Part shown: positions 48,586-57,626 of the stretch, piece after piece
Position numbering within the stretch: the first letter of the stretch is position 1
Layout of the letters: every line of letters starts with the position of its first letter
Made by a program: the position numbers and the translations under genes
Source of the DNA: Candidatus Eiseniibacteriota bacterium
GTDB lineage: Bacteria; Joyebacterota; Joyebacteria; Joyebacterales; Joyebacteraceae
Assembly (NCBI GenBank): GCA_043819135.1
Contig: JBDRFG010000034.1
Coordinates: 1-60,677, forward strand
Reading direction: 5' to 3'
DNA length: 60,677 nt
The notes under the pieces: generated by a model
Seen by the model: the letters and a program-made list of their open reading frames with translations, nothing else
Databases searched by the model: none
What the model was told of the DNA's origin: nothing

Positions 48586-49791
48586 ATGCGCCATCTCCTT
48601 CTGACGCTCGCCGTGCTGGCACTGGCGGGCGTCGCTGCTGCCGACGACGCGATCGTGGCTCGCACCACGATCGGCGACGTCCCCCGAACATACACGCATT
48701 TCATGAACGCGCAGGAAGCCGCCCTCTGCCGTGCTAACGCCGCGGCCGGGGGCATCTCCGCGTACTTTTTCAATCCCGCGGTCGTCGCTGATATCTCGGG
48801 CATATCCGGCCAGGCCACCATGCGCGTCAACGCGAAGTCGCGGAACTACCTGCCCGAGGGCGACGACTACCTGGATGCGTCCGACGACGTCTTCCTTTTC
48901 TCTCAGGCCGTTGCGGCCAAACGCAATGAGATGTACGCTCTTGGATTCGGCTACTCCTGCCCGTCCTACAGGAATCTCGAGTTGAGCGGCCGCGTGGATG
49001 GCGCCTCCTACCAGGGCGTTTTCCAGGGAGGTCTGCGCTTCTTCGAAGTGCTCGCGGCAACGAGGATCGGCTCCGAAGGCCAGGGGGCGATAGGGATCGC
49101 CGCCGGGATAGCCAGCCTGAACGAGAGCGCGACCGAGAAGGGAACGGAGCAGAGGTACATTCGCACGGCCGAGATGGACGGGATCGCGACATCGGTGGCC
49201 GTGGGCTTGACCTTCGACGCCACGGAGCGGCTGGTGTTCGGTGTGGGCTACCGCTTCAGTACGGCCTTCGATGTGGAAGGCGAGTGGCACACGGAACTGC
49301 CCGGCGACGGAGTTTCCACGGGCACGACGAAGACCGAGCCGGTCGCGGTGGTCGGTGCGCGCTACACGCCCCTCGACAACTACACCATCTACGCAAGCTA
49401 CATTCACGAGGGCTGGACCAAGGCGGAGTCCTCGTTCGCGGCCTACTACGATACCGACGAGTGCGCGGACTGCAACGAGAACGAACATCGCAGAGACGAA
49501 TTCGGGAGCGCGCTCGGGACGGCGGCAATAGGTGGGGAGGGGACCGTGCTCGACGGGAGACTCACCGTTCGAGCCGGCTTCTCGATGCCGATAGGTTCTG
49601 ACCTCGACAATGCGGTAGAGCCCGAGTACAGAGAACTCGTTCCGGAATACGCGGCCGGCGTGGGCGGGACGTTGAGGTTCGAAGAGTATTCGGTAGAGGC
49701 CGCCTTCGTGCGGGAGCTGTACGCGGACGGGCCGGAGAGCGAGCAGGTGGTCAACCACGGTATCTACGTGACCGCGGGGTACGACTTCTGA
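48586..49791 (+). CDS. Outer-membrane beta-barrel (FadL/OmpP1/PorV-like)
   Basis: Signal peptide, SAYFFNPA motif, amphipathic strands, C-terminal YVTAGYDF. Confidence 0.7.
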   Translation: MRHLLLTLAVLALAGVAAADDAIVARTTIGDVPRTYTHFMNAQEAALCRANAAAGGISAYFFNPAVVADISGISGQATMRVNAKSRNYLPEGDDYLDASDDVFLFSQAVAAKRNEMYALGFGYSCPSYRNLELSGRVDGASYQGVFQGGLRFFEVLAATRIGSEGQGAIGIAAGIASLNESATEKGTEQRYIRTAEMDGIATSVAVGLTFDATERLVFGVGYRFSTAFDVEGEWHTELPGDGVSTGTTKTEPVAVVGARYTPLDNYTIYASYIHEGWTKAESSFAAYYDTDECADCNENEHRRDEFGSALGTAAIGGEGTVLDGRLTVRAGFSMPIGSDLDNAVEPEYRELVPEYAAGVGGTLRFEEYSVEAAFVRELYADGPESEQVVNHGIYVTAGYDF

Positions 49792-49823
49792 TCGACGGAC
49801 GAGCTACAAAGTGAGCGGGTGAC

Positions 49824-50888
49824 ATGAAAATAGCGGTTGCCATGAGCGGCGGAGTGGACAGCTCCGTCGCTGCTCACATTCTGAAGGAGCAGGGGCACGA
49901 GGTCATCGGCCTCACCATGAAGATATGGCCCTGTGGCGCCGAAGAGAACGGCGGCGGCCGCACGTGCTGCGACCCTGACTCCATCAGGGACGCCGAGCGC
50001 GTCGCCGGAGAACTCGGGATACGTCACTACACGCTGGGTATGCGCGGAGCGTTCGAGAAGGCCGTGGTCCGCGAATTCCTCACTGAGTACGCTGCAGGCA
50101 GGACCCCCAACCCCTGCGTGACCTGCAATCGCCTCATCAAATTCGACCCGTTCCTGGAGAAGGCGTCCGCGCTCGGAGCGACGCACCTCGCAACGGGGCA
50201 TCATGCCGTCGCCGCGCGCGACGACTCGAGCGGCGCACACCTTCTGCGGAAGGGGAGGGACCGCTCCAAGGATCAGAGCTACTTCCTTTACGTCCTCACG
50301 CAGAAGCAGCTGCCCAGAGTGCTGATGCCGGTGGGCGCCATGACGAAGGCCAAAGTGCGGGACGTCGCGAGGGCCGCGGGATTGTCCGTCTCGGAGCGCG
50401 CCGAGAGCCAGGATATCTGCTTCGTGCCCGACGGCGACGTCGCCGCGTTCTTCCGTCTGCTGATGCCCGAGGCCACGCGGCCCGGCCCCATAGAGGACCG
50501 GGACGGGAACGTGCTCGGCGAGCACCGGGGCATGGCCCTCTACACGATAGGGCAGAGGAGCGGACTCGGGCTGTCTCGCCCCAGACCGACCTATGTTGTC
50601 CGGATAGACGCGGTGCGCAACGCCGTCGTCGTCGGTGACGACGAGGAGCTGTACTCATCGGAACTCACGGCCTCCGATCTCAACTGGATCGCGGGGGCTC
50701 CTCCCGCGCGTGAGTTCCGGGCCGAGGCCAGGATCCGCTACGCGGCGGAGCCCGCTCCCTGCACCGCCCGCGTTGACGGTGACGCTCTCACCGTGGCCTT
50801 CGCCGGCCCTCAGCGGGCGATAGCGCCCGGCCAGTCCGCGGTGCTCTACGACGGGGACGTCGTGCTCGGAGGCGGCGTGATTCAGTAG
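49824..50888 (+). CDS. mnmA: tRNA-specific 2-thiouridylase
   Basis: AMSGGVDSS, GRTPNPC..CN..IKF, KDQSYFL, ESQDICF, YTIGQR, PGQ. Confidence 0.97.
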   Translation: MKIAVAMSGGVDSSVAAHILKEQGHEVIGLTMKIWPCGAEENGGGRTCCDPDSIRDAERVAGELGIRHYTLGMRGAFEKAVVREFLTEYAAGRTPNPCVTCNRLIKFDPFLEKASALGATHLATGHHAVAARDDSSGAHLLRKGRDRSKDQSYFLYVLTQKQLPRVLMPVGAMTKAKVRDVARAAGLSVSERAESQDICFVPDGDVAAFFRLLMPEATRPGPIEDRDGNVLGEHRGMALYTIGQRSGLGLSRPRPTYVVRIDAVRNAVVVGDDEELYSSELTASDLNWIAGAPPAREFRAEARIRYAAEPAPCTARVDGDALTVAFAGPQRAIAPGQSAVLYDGDVVLGGGVIQ

Positions 50889-51090
50889 TCCCCAGGCCCG
50901 TTCCCCCATTGACCAAGCGCCGCCTGGGCCGGCGCGGACGGGAGAGGACTGCCCGTGGCGTCCGGTGTGCATTGCTGCCAGCTTCGCGCTCCCGGTGTGG
51001 AGAAGCGGCATCCGCGTGACGCTCGTCCGCTAGTGCGGAGTCCGGGGGCACATCAGAAGCGTGTCTGTGCGTTCGAGAGGGAGGTGCATC

Positions 51091-51555
51091 ATGAGAACAT
51101 CCTTCTTCGCCATCTTCGCGGCTGCAGTACTCCTCGTCGCGTCACCCGCCTGGGCACAGGACTGCAGTGAGGAAGTCGTGCTCGAGACGTTCGACGGCAC
51201 GATCCTGATCTCCCACATTGAGGCGTTGTACAACTGCTGCTGCACGGTAGGCAGCGAGGTGCTTCGGGACGGTTTCTGGATCGACGTCCACGAGTACGAG
51301 CACCTCACCATGGGCGGATGCGATTGCCTGTGCTGCTTCGGGGTGGAGGTCGAGATCGCGGGGCTCGAGTCCGGCGTATACACCGTGAGCATCATCAAGC
51401 ACACCGAGCACGGGAGCGTCGAACTGGTAGGAACGTGGCCGGTCACCGTGACCGGGTCGTGTCCTCCGCTGATCCGCACGACATACGTGCCCTGCGACGA
51501 GACGGGCATGGCGGATGAGGGGACCTGGGGCACGATCAAGGCGCTCTACAGGTAG
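51091..51555 (+). CDS. Small Cys-rich secreted protein with C-terminal TWGTIKALYR tail
   Basis: GGAGG RBS, signal peptide, YNCC, GCDCLC. Confidence 0.75.
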   Translation: MRTSFFAIFAAAVLLVASPAWAQDCSEEVVLETFDGTILISHIEALYNCCCTVGSEVLRDGFWIDVHEYEHLTMGGCDCLCCFGVEVEIAGLESGVYTVSIIKHTEHGSVELVGTWPVTVTGSCPPLIRTTYVPCDETGMADEGTWGTIKALYR

Positions 51556-51621
51556 GCCCTTAGGTACGATCTCGAGCCGGTTGCCGGAGCTCCGGGCCGG
51601 CGGCTCCCACATAGCGGCAAG

Positions 51622-51666
51622 AAGGCGCGGCCTCGTTGACGAGGCCGCGCCCTTGCGTCTTCTTGC
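51622..51666. terminator. Terminator hairpin
   Basis: ggcgcggcctcgt-tg-acgaggccgcgcc. Confidence 0.6.
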
Positions 51667-51732
51667 GGCACTGATGATGGCTGCTGCTCCGAACAAGCGG
51701 ATTGGCCGACGCGCTCGCGCCCCGGCCACGGG

Positions 51733-52431
51733 TCAGCCGATGAATCGGTAGCCAATTCCCCGTATGGTCGAGATGACCTCGCGTCCGGTCGCTGAAGTCA
51801 GTTTCGACCTCAGTCTGCTGACCAGAACGTCTACCGTCCGCCCCACGACCTCGACCTCCGCTCCCCAGACGAGATGCTTGAGCTCCTCCCGCGTGCACGT
51901 CCGCTCACCGTTCAGAGCGAGCGTGTGCAGGAAGCGGAACTCGCGCTCGGAGAGGTCGATCGGCAGTCCGTCGATCTCAACGGTCAGGTCGCCGGGATTC
52001 ATCCTGACCGCACCGCAAGAGACCGGCTCTGTGAAGAGATCCGGGTCCTTGCTGACGGATAGGTCGAACATCTCGTTGACCCTCGTGACGACCTCGTCCA
52101 CGCTCGACCAGCGCAGGATCGGCTTCTCGATCGCTCCGCCCTTGAACGCACAATCGTCGATCGGGATGCTGGCGTCGCACACTACCACCGTTCTCACCGG
52201 CTCCGACGTGCCGTTCGATTCGAGTATCCTAGCGAGGTCCCTGCCGCCGATATCCCGAAGATGCAGACCCACAACCACGAGGTCCGGATGCTCCATCTGG
52301 ACGAACCTGAGCGTCTCTCTGCCCGTCCCCGCCTCGGACGTCGCGTAGCCTGCGCTACGCAGTGCGCGGGCCAGCTGGCTCAGGATAGATGGGTCGCGTT
52401 CTGCAACCAGTATCTGCTTCGGAACCGACAT
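51733..52431 (-). CDS. OmpR/PhoB-family response regulator with an atypical receiver
   Basis: Winged helix LSEREF..L..L, TREEL...VWG, RTVDV.VSRLRSKL, I.TIRGIGYRF; receiver DLVVVGL lacks the phospho-Asp. Confidence 0.85.
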   Translation of the reverse strand: MSVPKQILVAERDPSILSQLARALRSAGYATSEAGTGRETLRFVQMEHPDLVVVGLHLRDIGGRDLARILESNGTSEPVRTVVVCDASIPIDDCAFKGGAIEKPILRWSSVDEVVTRVNEMFDLSVSKDPDLFTEPVSCGAVRMNPGDLTVEIDGLPIDLSEREFRFLHTLALNGERTCTREELKHLVWGAEVEVVGRTVDVLVSRLRSKLTSATGREVISTIRGIGYRFIG

Positions 52432-52504
52432 TCCCTGAACCTCCCCCGGGGAGCCGCCCAGTGAGGCGGCCTTGTGCCGTGGTCTTCTTAACAACTGGAC
52501 AAGA

Positions 52505-52520
52505 TGCAAGAGTTGTGCCG
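52505..52520 (-). promoter_or_regulatory. Sigma54 -24/-12 promoter
   Basis: Minus strand CGGCAC-AACTC-TTGCA. Confidence 0.6.
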
Positions 52521-52772
52521 AAGAAGAAGGTTCCTGAGAGGCGAAACAGGCCTCTGTACGGCCTCTAGAGGCCGTTTGGGAGCCCTGTGTACCCCTGCAC
52601 TGGGTGGTAGGGTAAGGCGCCATGCCGGATGCCGCGCCGGTGCGCGTGCGCGTGCGCTCGGTCTGTGAGGATCGCCGCGTCGTGCGCCCCCGAGCGCCCG
52701 AGAGCGCTTGACCGACGTTGCTCCTCGCTCTTAGACTCGGTTCTCTTTCCGGAAACGCGCGAACGCGAGCCC

Positions 52773-52874
52773 ACTCCCGATCCGGAGTACGGCGTCTACC
52801 ACTGCTTCCTGAGGGACCCGAACGGGTACCTGCTCGAGATACAGCGTTTTGATGACCCCAACTGGAACGGATAG
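52773..52874 (+). pseudogene. C-terminal fragment of a VOC/glyoxalase-family protein
   Basis: PEYGVYHCFLRDPNGYLLEIQRF with no N-terminal half or start. Confidence 0.6.
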
Positions 52875-52933
52875 TGGAGCGAGAACGTTGCGGCTGCAAC
52901 GTCGGGGCCGCGACCATGCCTAAGGAGTAGCCG

Positions 52934-54076
52934 ATGAACTGCGTTCGAGGGAAGAAGGTCTACACCGGCAAGAAGGTCATGGATGATGCCTACGTGGTGT
53001 TCAACGGAACGAAGATCACCGGGGTGTCGAAGGAGAAGAAAGGCAAGCTCCTGGGGAGTTTTCCGGTCGTGACACCGGCCTTCATCGACGCGCACAGCCA
53101 CATCGCGATGGTCCGGGCGGGAGAGCCGGGAGCGGAGGCCGAGGCCAACGAACACATGGACTCCATCCTGGCGGTCCCTGATGCTCTGGACTCCGTTCAG
53201 ATGGACGACGCGGCGCTCATGGATGCGATCGAGGCCGGTGTGCTCTATTCGTGCGTGCTGCCCGGGAGCGGGAACATCATCGGTGGTCTGTCGGCCGTCA
53301 TCAGGCATTACGCCAAGAACACGACCGACGCGCTTGTGGCGAGGGCCGGGGTCAAGGCGGCGTTCGGATACAATCCGATGTCAACCGTCGCCTGGAAGGG
53401 CACGCGGCCGTCGACACGCATGGGCGCGCTGGCGATACTCCGCTCGAAGCTCACGGACGTCTCGCAGAAGGTGGCGAAGCACAAGAGGGCCAAGGGCGCG
53501 AAGAAGCAGGAGATCACCTTCACCGCCGAAGAGGCCGTGCTCCGAGACGTGCTCTCCAGGAAGCAGGTCCTCCGCGTGCACGTGCACAAGATAGACGACA
53601 TCGCGGCGCTGCTTCGGATCGTCGACGAGTTCAAGCTCAAGGTGACCGTCGAGCACGCGGGCGACGTGCACGAGCCCGAGATCTTTGCGGAACTCAAGAA
53701 GCGTCGCATCCCAGTCATCTACGGACCGACCGACTCGCTTGCCTACAAGGTCGAGCTCAAGCACGACTCGTGGCGCAACATCCGCCATCTCATGGAGTCG
53801 GGCGTCGAGTACGGACTCATGACCGACAACCCGGTCAACCTGACTCGGTTGCTCTTTCTGCAGACACGCTGGTTCACGCGACTGGGGCTTTCCAAGCAGC
53901 ATGCCATCGAGCTCGTGTCGCGCAAGAATGCCGAGCTTCTGGGAGTAGATGGATTCCTCGGGACGCTGGACAGGGGCAAGTGGGCCTCTTTCACGTGCTG
54001 GAACGGGGACCCGTTCGACATCACCTCCTATCCGGTCGCGGTGTACGGCGAGGGCGAGCTGCTCTTCTCCGACTGA
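52934..54076 (+). CDS. Amidohydrolase-family metalloenzyme
   Basis: P.FIDAHSH, PGSGN.IGG, HVHK, EH, TDNP, GTL..GK.A. Confidence 0.88.
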   Translation: MNCVRGKKVYTGKKVMDDAYVVFNGTKITGVSKEKKGKLLGSFPVVTPAFIDAHSHIAMVRAGEPGAEAEANEHMDSILAVPDALDSVQMDDAALMDAIEAGVLYSCVLPGSGNIIGGLSAVIRHYAKNTTDALVARAGVKAAFGYNPMSTVAWKGTRPSTRMGALAILRSKLTDVSQKVAKHKRAKGAKKQEITFTAEEAVLRDVLSRKQVLRVHVHKIDDIAALLRIVDEFKLKVTVEHAGDVHEPEIFAELKKRRIPVIYGPTDSLAYKVELKHDSWRNIRHLMESGVEYGLMTDNPVNLTRLLFLQTRWFTRLGLSKQHAIELVSRKNAELLGVDGFLGTLDRGKWASFTCWNGDPFDITSYPVAVYGEGELLFSD

Positions 54077-54123
54077 GCGGGCCGGGGCGTGCCGGATTCG
54101 CAAGCCCGGCCCAGTGAGGCGCC

Positions 54124-55053
54124 ATGAGTGAGCAGCGGAAGGCCTATCTCTACGCGATGGCGGCCGTGCTGCTGTGGTCGACCGTGGCCTCGGCCTTCAA
54201 GCTATCTCTGAGGTATCTGGACTGCCCGCAGCTGCTTCTCTACTCGTCGGTCGTCGCTACGGTTCTGCTCGGCGCGATTCTCGCCGTGACCGGCAAGCTG
54301 GGACACGTGTTCCCGTGCTCGTGGCGCGAGTGCCTCAAATCAGCGGGGCTCGGGTTTCTCAATCCCTTCCTCTACTACGCCGTGCTGTTCAAGGCCTACG
54401 ACCTCCTGCCGGCGCAGGTCGCGCAGCCGCTGAACTACACGTGGGCCATCGCTCTCACGCTTCTCTCGATTCCCATTCTCAAGCAGAGAATCGGCGCGCG
54501 GGACATCGCGGGCGGCCTCGTCAGCTACGCGGGCGTGCTCGTCATCTCGACGCGCGGTGACGTCTTCTCCCTCTCGGTCGCGAGTCCAACGGGAGTGTTG
54601 CTTGCACTTGGCAGCACGGTTGTGTGGGCGCTCTACTGGATCTACAACATCAAGGACGACCGGGACCCCGCCGTCAGGCTCTTTATGAATTTCGTCTTCG
54701 GGTTGCCGGTCGTGTTCGTCTACTGTGTGGTCTTCTCGGAACTCCGTGTGGCGAACCCGCTCGGGCTTGTCGGAGCGTCCTACATCGGGGTCGTCGAGAT
54801 GGGCATCGCGTTCGTCATGTGGCTCTCGGCGCTCAGGTTGTCCGAGAACACTGCGAAGGTAGGCAACCTCATCTTCATCTCACCCTTCGTGTCGTTGTTC
54901 TTCATCAGGGCTCTGGTGGGGGAGGAGATCCTGACCGCGACCGTCCTGGGGCTAGTGCTTGTGGTGGCAGGGATAGCGGTCCAGAGAGTGGGCAGGAGAA
55001 CCGCGCCGGAGATCGACGGCGGCCAGCGACGCCCCCCCCACGGCGGAATCTAA
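54124..55053 (+). CDS. DMT/EamA-family transporter
   Basis: About 10 TM helices; WSTVASAFK, LNPFLYY..LFKAY.LLPAQ.AQPLNYTW. Confidence 0.9.
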   Translation: MSEQRKAYLYAMAAVLLWSTVASAFKLSLRYLDCPQLLLYSSVVATVLLGAILAVTGKLGHVFPCSWRECLKSAGLGFLNPFLYYAVLFKAYDLLPAQVAQPLNYTWAIALTLLSIPILKQRIGARDIAGGLVSYAGVLVISTRGDVFSLSVASPTGVLLALGSTVVWALYWIYNIKDDRDPAVRLFMNFVFGLPVVFVYCVVFSELRVANPLGLVGASYIGVVEMGIAFVMWLSALRLSENTAKVGNLIFISPFVSLFFIRALVGEEILTATVLGLVLVVAGIAVQRVGRRTAPEIDGGQRRPPHGGI

Positions 55054-55130
55054 GGACGAGCGAGTGCTTCTGACGACGGGTGCGCTGTCGGGCGCTTCTG
55101 CCGGGCGACCGCACAGCAAGGGGGCAGGTG

Positions 55131-55874
55131 ATGGCGGTACGGAAACTCATTACGATAGACGAGGACAAGTGCGACGGCTGCGGCCTGTGCGCCACGGCGT
55201 GTCACGAGGGAGCGATCCAGCTTATCGACGGCAAAGCGAAACTAGTCAGCGAATCGTACTGCGACGGATTGGGCGACTGTCTGGGGGAGTGCCCGCGGGA
55301 CGCCATCACCATCGTAGAGCGCGAGGCGGCGGATTATGACCAGACGGCCGTGGACACTCATCTGGCCCGCATGGCGCGGGAGAAGAACGACCCGGCTGCG
55401 CAAGCCGGGGGAGGGTGTCCGGGAGCCGCACTGAGGAGCTTCGATCCTCAGACAAGGTCCGGAGGCGACGCATCCGACCGGCCGTCACGACTCGGTCAGT
55501 GGCCGGTCCTGCTCAATCTCGTTCCTCCGAACGCACCCTTCCTCAAGGGGGAGGACCTTCTCATCAGCGCTGACTGCGTCGCCTACGCCACGGCGAACTT
55601 CCACGAGCACTACCTCGCGGGCAAGACCCTGGTCGTCGGCTGCCCGAAGTTCGACGACGTCCAGCACTACTACGAGAAGCTCAAGGCCATGTTTCTGGAG
55701 GCCAGGCCGCGCTCCATAACGGTGACCAGAATGCAGGTTCCCTGTTGCGGCGGTCTCTCGAATGTTGTGACACGCGCGAGGAATGAGACGGTGCCCGACA
55801 CCGGCCTTTCCGTGGTGACGATAGGCATTAGGGGAGAGGAACTGAGCGTGGAGGCGATTCCTCCTCCCGCGTGA
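55131..55874 (+). CDS. 4Fe-4S dicluster protein with conserved Cys-rich C-terminal domain
   Basis: CDGCGLC...C, CDGLG.CLG.CP, S.L.QWPV, ADC, GCPK, PCCGG. Confidence 0.88.
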   Translation: MAVRKLITIDEDKCDGCGLCATACHEGAIQLIDGKAKLVSESYCDGLGDCLGECPRDAITIVEREAADYDQTAVDTHLARMAREKNDPAAQAGGGCPGAALRSFDPQTRSGGDASDRPSRLGQWPVLLNLVPPNAPFLKGEDLLISADCVAYATANFHEHYLAGKTLVVGCPKFDDVQHYYEKLKAMFLEARPRSITVTRMQVPCCGGLSNVVTRARNETVPDTGLSVVTIGIRGEELSVEAIPPPA

Positions 55875-55940
55875 CACCGCGTGTCCGGGCGGGCAGACGG
55901 GAGCAGCGGAGAGGCGTCGACCGGTGAGGTCGACGCCGAT

Positions 55941-57233
55941 CTACGTACGGAACGACGGCCTTTTCCGACGCGACGGTGCGACGCCCACGACGGCCGCCAC
56001 GGCGGCAGCCAGGACGGCCAGGGCGAGAACGACAAACGCCAGCCGGCGCGGAGTCCACGCGCGCGCGGGAGCGGAACCTCCCGCACCCGTGAGTTCCTCA
56101 TCGGCAGAGGCAAGCCAGTCCACGACGCTCGCCAATAGCTCCGTGCTCCCCGGAAGCTGCGCGGCCAGGTCGTCTCTGAACATCATCGAACCGGCGAAGA
56201 CCACCACTCTCGTCGGTGCGCTCGTCTCGACCATTCCCACAGGCTCGGTGAACTCGACTTCCCTGCCCCTCTGTACGATCACTTGCTGTCCGGCGAACGC
56301 GCTCCGGAACGTGCCATCGACCGCGACGGCAAGCGGGAAGCCCTCCGCGCCCGCGACCCGATGGACGTCATCGAACTCAGCGGGCGGCTCGAAGCCCAGC
56401 CCCGGGTCGAGGTCGGCGAACGCCGATACCGTCCATGAGTCGGGCGACGATCGAAGCAGCACGGACGTCCCGACGATTCCGGACCCTGCTTGTCGCACTG
56501 TGATCGACGACGTCCAGGCCATGGGAACGCTCGTGAGGCCGGACACCGCCGGGTGTGCGCCCGAGATCCCGGGTCCGCGCACAACGGGCCAGTAGGGGTA
56601 AGGAGAGGATGTGTTAATGCTGCCCCAGGCCGCTCCGCCTGCGCACGCGTTGTCGAGCACGAGGTCCGGGTTCACCGTGATGCCGTAGGTGCTCAGGAAC
56701 GCGAAGATATTGCTCTCCGAGAGATTCGCCTGCGTGCTCGCTCCCGGGATCGAAGCGGCGTCCAGCAGGAATGCCGCGCGACCACCGCGCATGAGGAACT
56801 GGTCGAGCACGTACAGCTCGGCGTCGGGTATGTCGGGTTCTCCCGCGACGACGACGACGTCGATGCCGCCCAGGGACGCCGCGCCCTCCGAGAGGCGCAC
56901 CTCCGCAACCGTGCGGGTCCCGCGCAAGGCCTCAGCGACTCCGGACAGCTGTCCGCCCAATGCGGGCTCGCCGTGCCCGGTCACGAATCCGACGGCGGTC
57001 CGGTCTGGCCGGCCTCCGCCCTCCGTCGTTGCGGCATCGGAGTCGCCGCTCGTGGCAGCGCCGGCCGTGTCGGCTTGGGCGAGGGCCGACACCAGGGCGG
57101 CGGCAAGACAGAGACACACTGCGGATGTGAGCCTGTTGGTGGCGCGCGCGTGTGCGAGCGACCGTGGTGCGCCGGGTTGGCGTCGAGTGGAGCGGCCGCG
57201 CGCGCTTTTTTTCTTGCCGGTCGGTGTCGTCAT
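55941..57233 (-). CDS. GldG-like ABC transporter auxiliary protein (lacks usual N-terminal domain)
   Basis: VGF.TGHGE, LDQFLMRGG, YG..V..DLVLD, PYP.WP, LAV...G.F.SAF, VDWL; C-terminal TM. Confidence 0.75.
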   Translation of the reverse strand: MTTPTGKKKSARGRSTRRQPGAPRSLAHARATNRLTSAVCLCLAAALVSALAQADTAGAATSGDSDAATTEGGGRPDRTAVGFVTGHGEPALGGQLSGVAEALRGTRTVAEVRLSEGAASLGGIDVVVVAGEPDIPDAELYVLDQFLMRGGRAAFLLDAASIPGASTQANLSESNIFAFLSTYGITVNPDLVLDNACAGGAAWGSINTSSPYPYWPVVRGPGISGAHPAVSGLTSVPMAWTSSITVRQAGSGIVGTSVLLRSSPDSWTVSAFADLDPGLGFEPPAEFDDVHRVAGAEGFPLAVAVDGTFRSAFAGQQVIVQRGREVEFTEPVGMVETSAPTRVVVFAGSMMFRDDLAAQLPGSTELLASVVDWLASADEELTGAGGSAPARAWTPRRLAFVVLALAVLAAAVAAVVGVAPSRRKRPSFRT

Positions 57234-57391
57234 CGTTGCCCCCCGCTGGATTTCCAGCGTAGTCATACGACGTTTATAACTGTTGAGCCCGCACCGCGCA
57301 AGCGACTTAGGGTGACGTACATTCAACTACGCGTTACGTCCTCTCGCCCTCCAGCAGACCCGCGTCCCTGCCGCCCGGCCCAGGAAACGAC

Positions 57392-57423
57392 TTGACCGCC
57401 AGGTCGCCGTGTGCCAATAATAT
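57392..57423 (+). promoter_or_regulatory. Sigma70-like promoter
   Basis: TTGACC, 18-nt spacer, then AATAATAT. Confidence 0.5.
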
Positions 57424-57426
57424 GAG

Positions 57427-57578
57427 CGTCCCCACTGCGTAGGTTACGAAGCGTCCGGAATCCCACACGTCATCGCCTGGTGCATCTTTGAAGCGGAACG
57501 GCGGCGCTGTGATGGAAGTAGATTACTATATTCTCGGTTCCCGCGAGATCACCCGGACGCCTTGCCAGGTGAGGAGAA
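57427..57578 (+). ncRNA. Candidate 6S-like structured RNA
   Basis: Ends pair (tccccact/ggtgagga; gcgtccgg 57451-58 with ccggacgc 57553-60); AU-rich bubble; apical stem containing TTGAA; own promoter and terminator. Confidence 0.55.
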
Positions 57579-57592
57579 TCCGTCCGCACCCG

Positions 57593-57626
57593 CGCGACTC
57601 TAATAACTAGAGTCGCGTTCTACTTT
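57593..57626 (+). terminator. Intrinsic terminator
   Basis: cgcgactcta-ataac-tagagtcgcg followed by ttctacttt. Confidence 0.75.
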
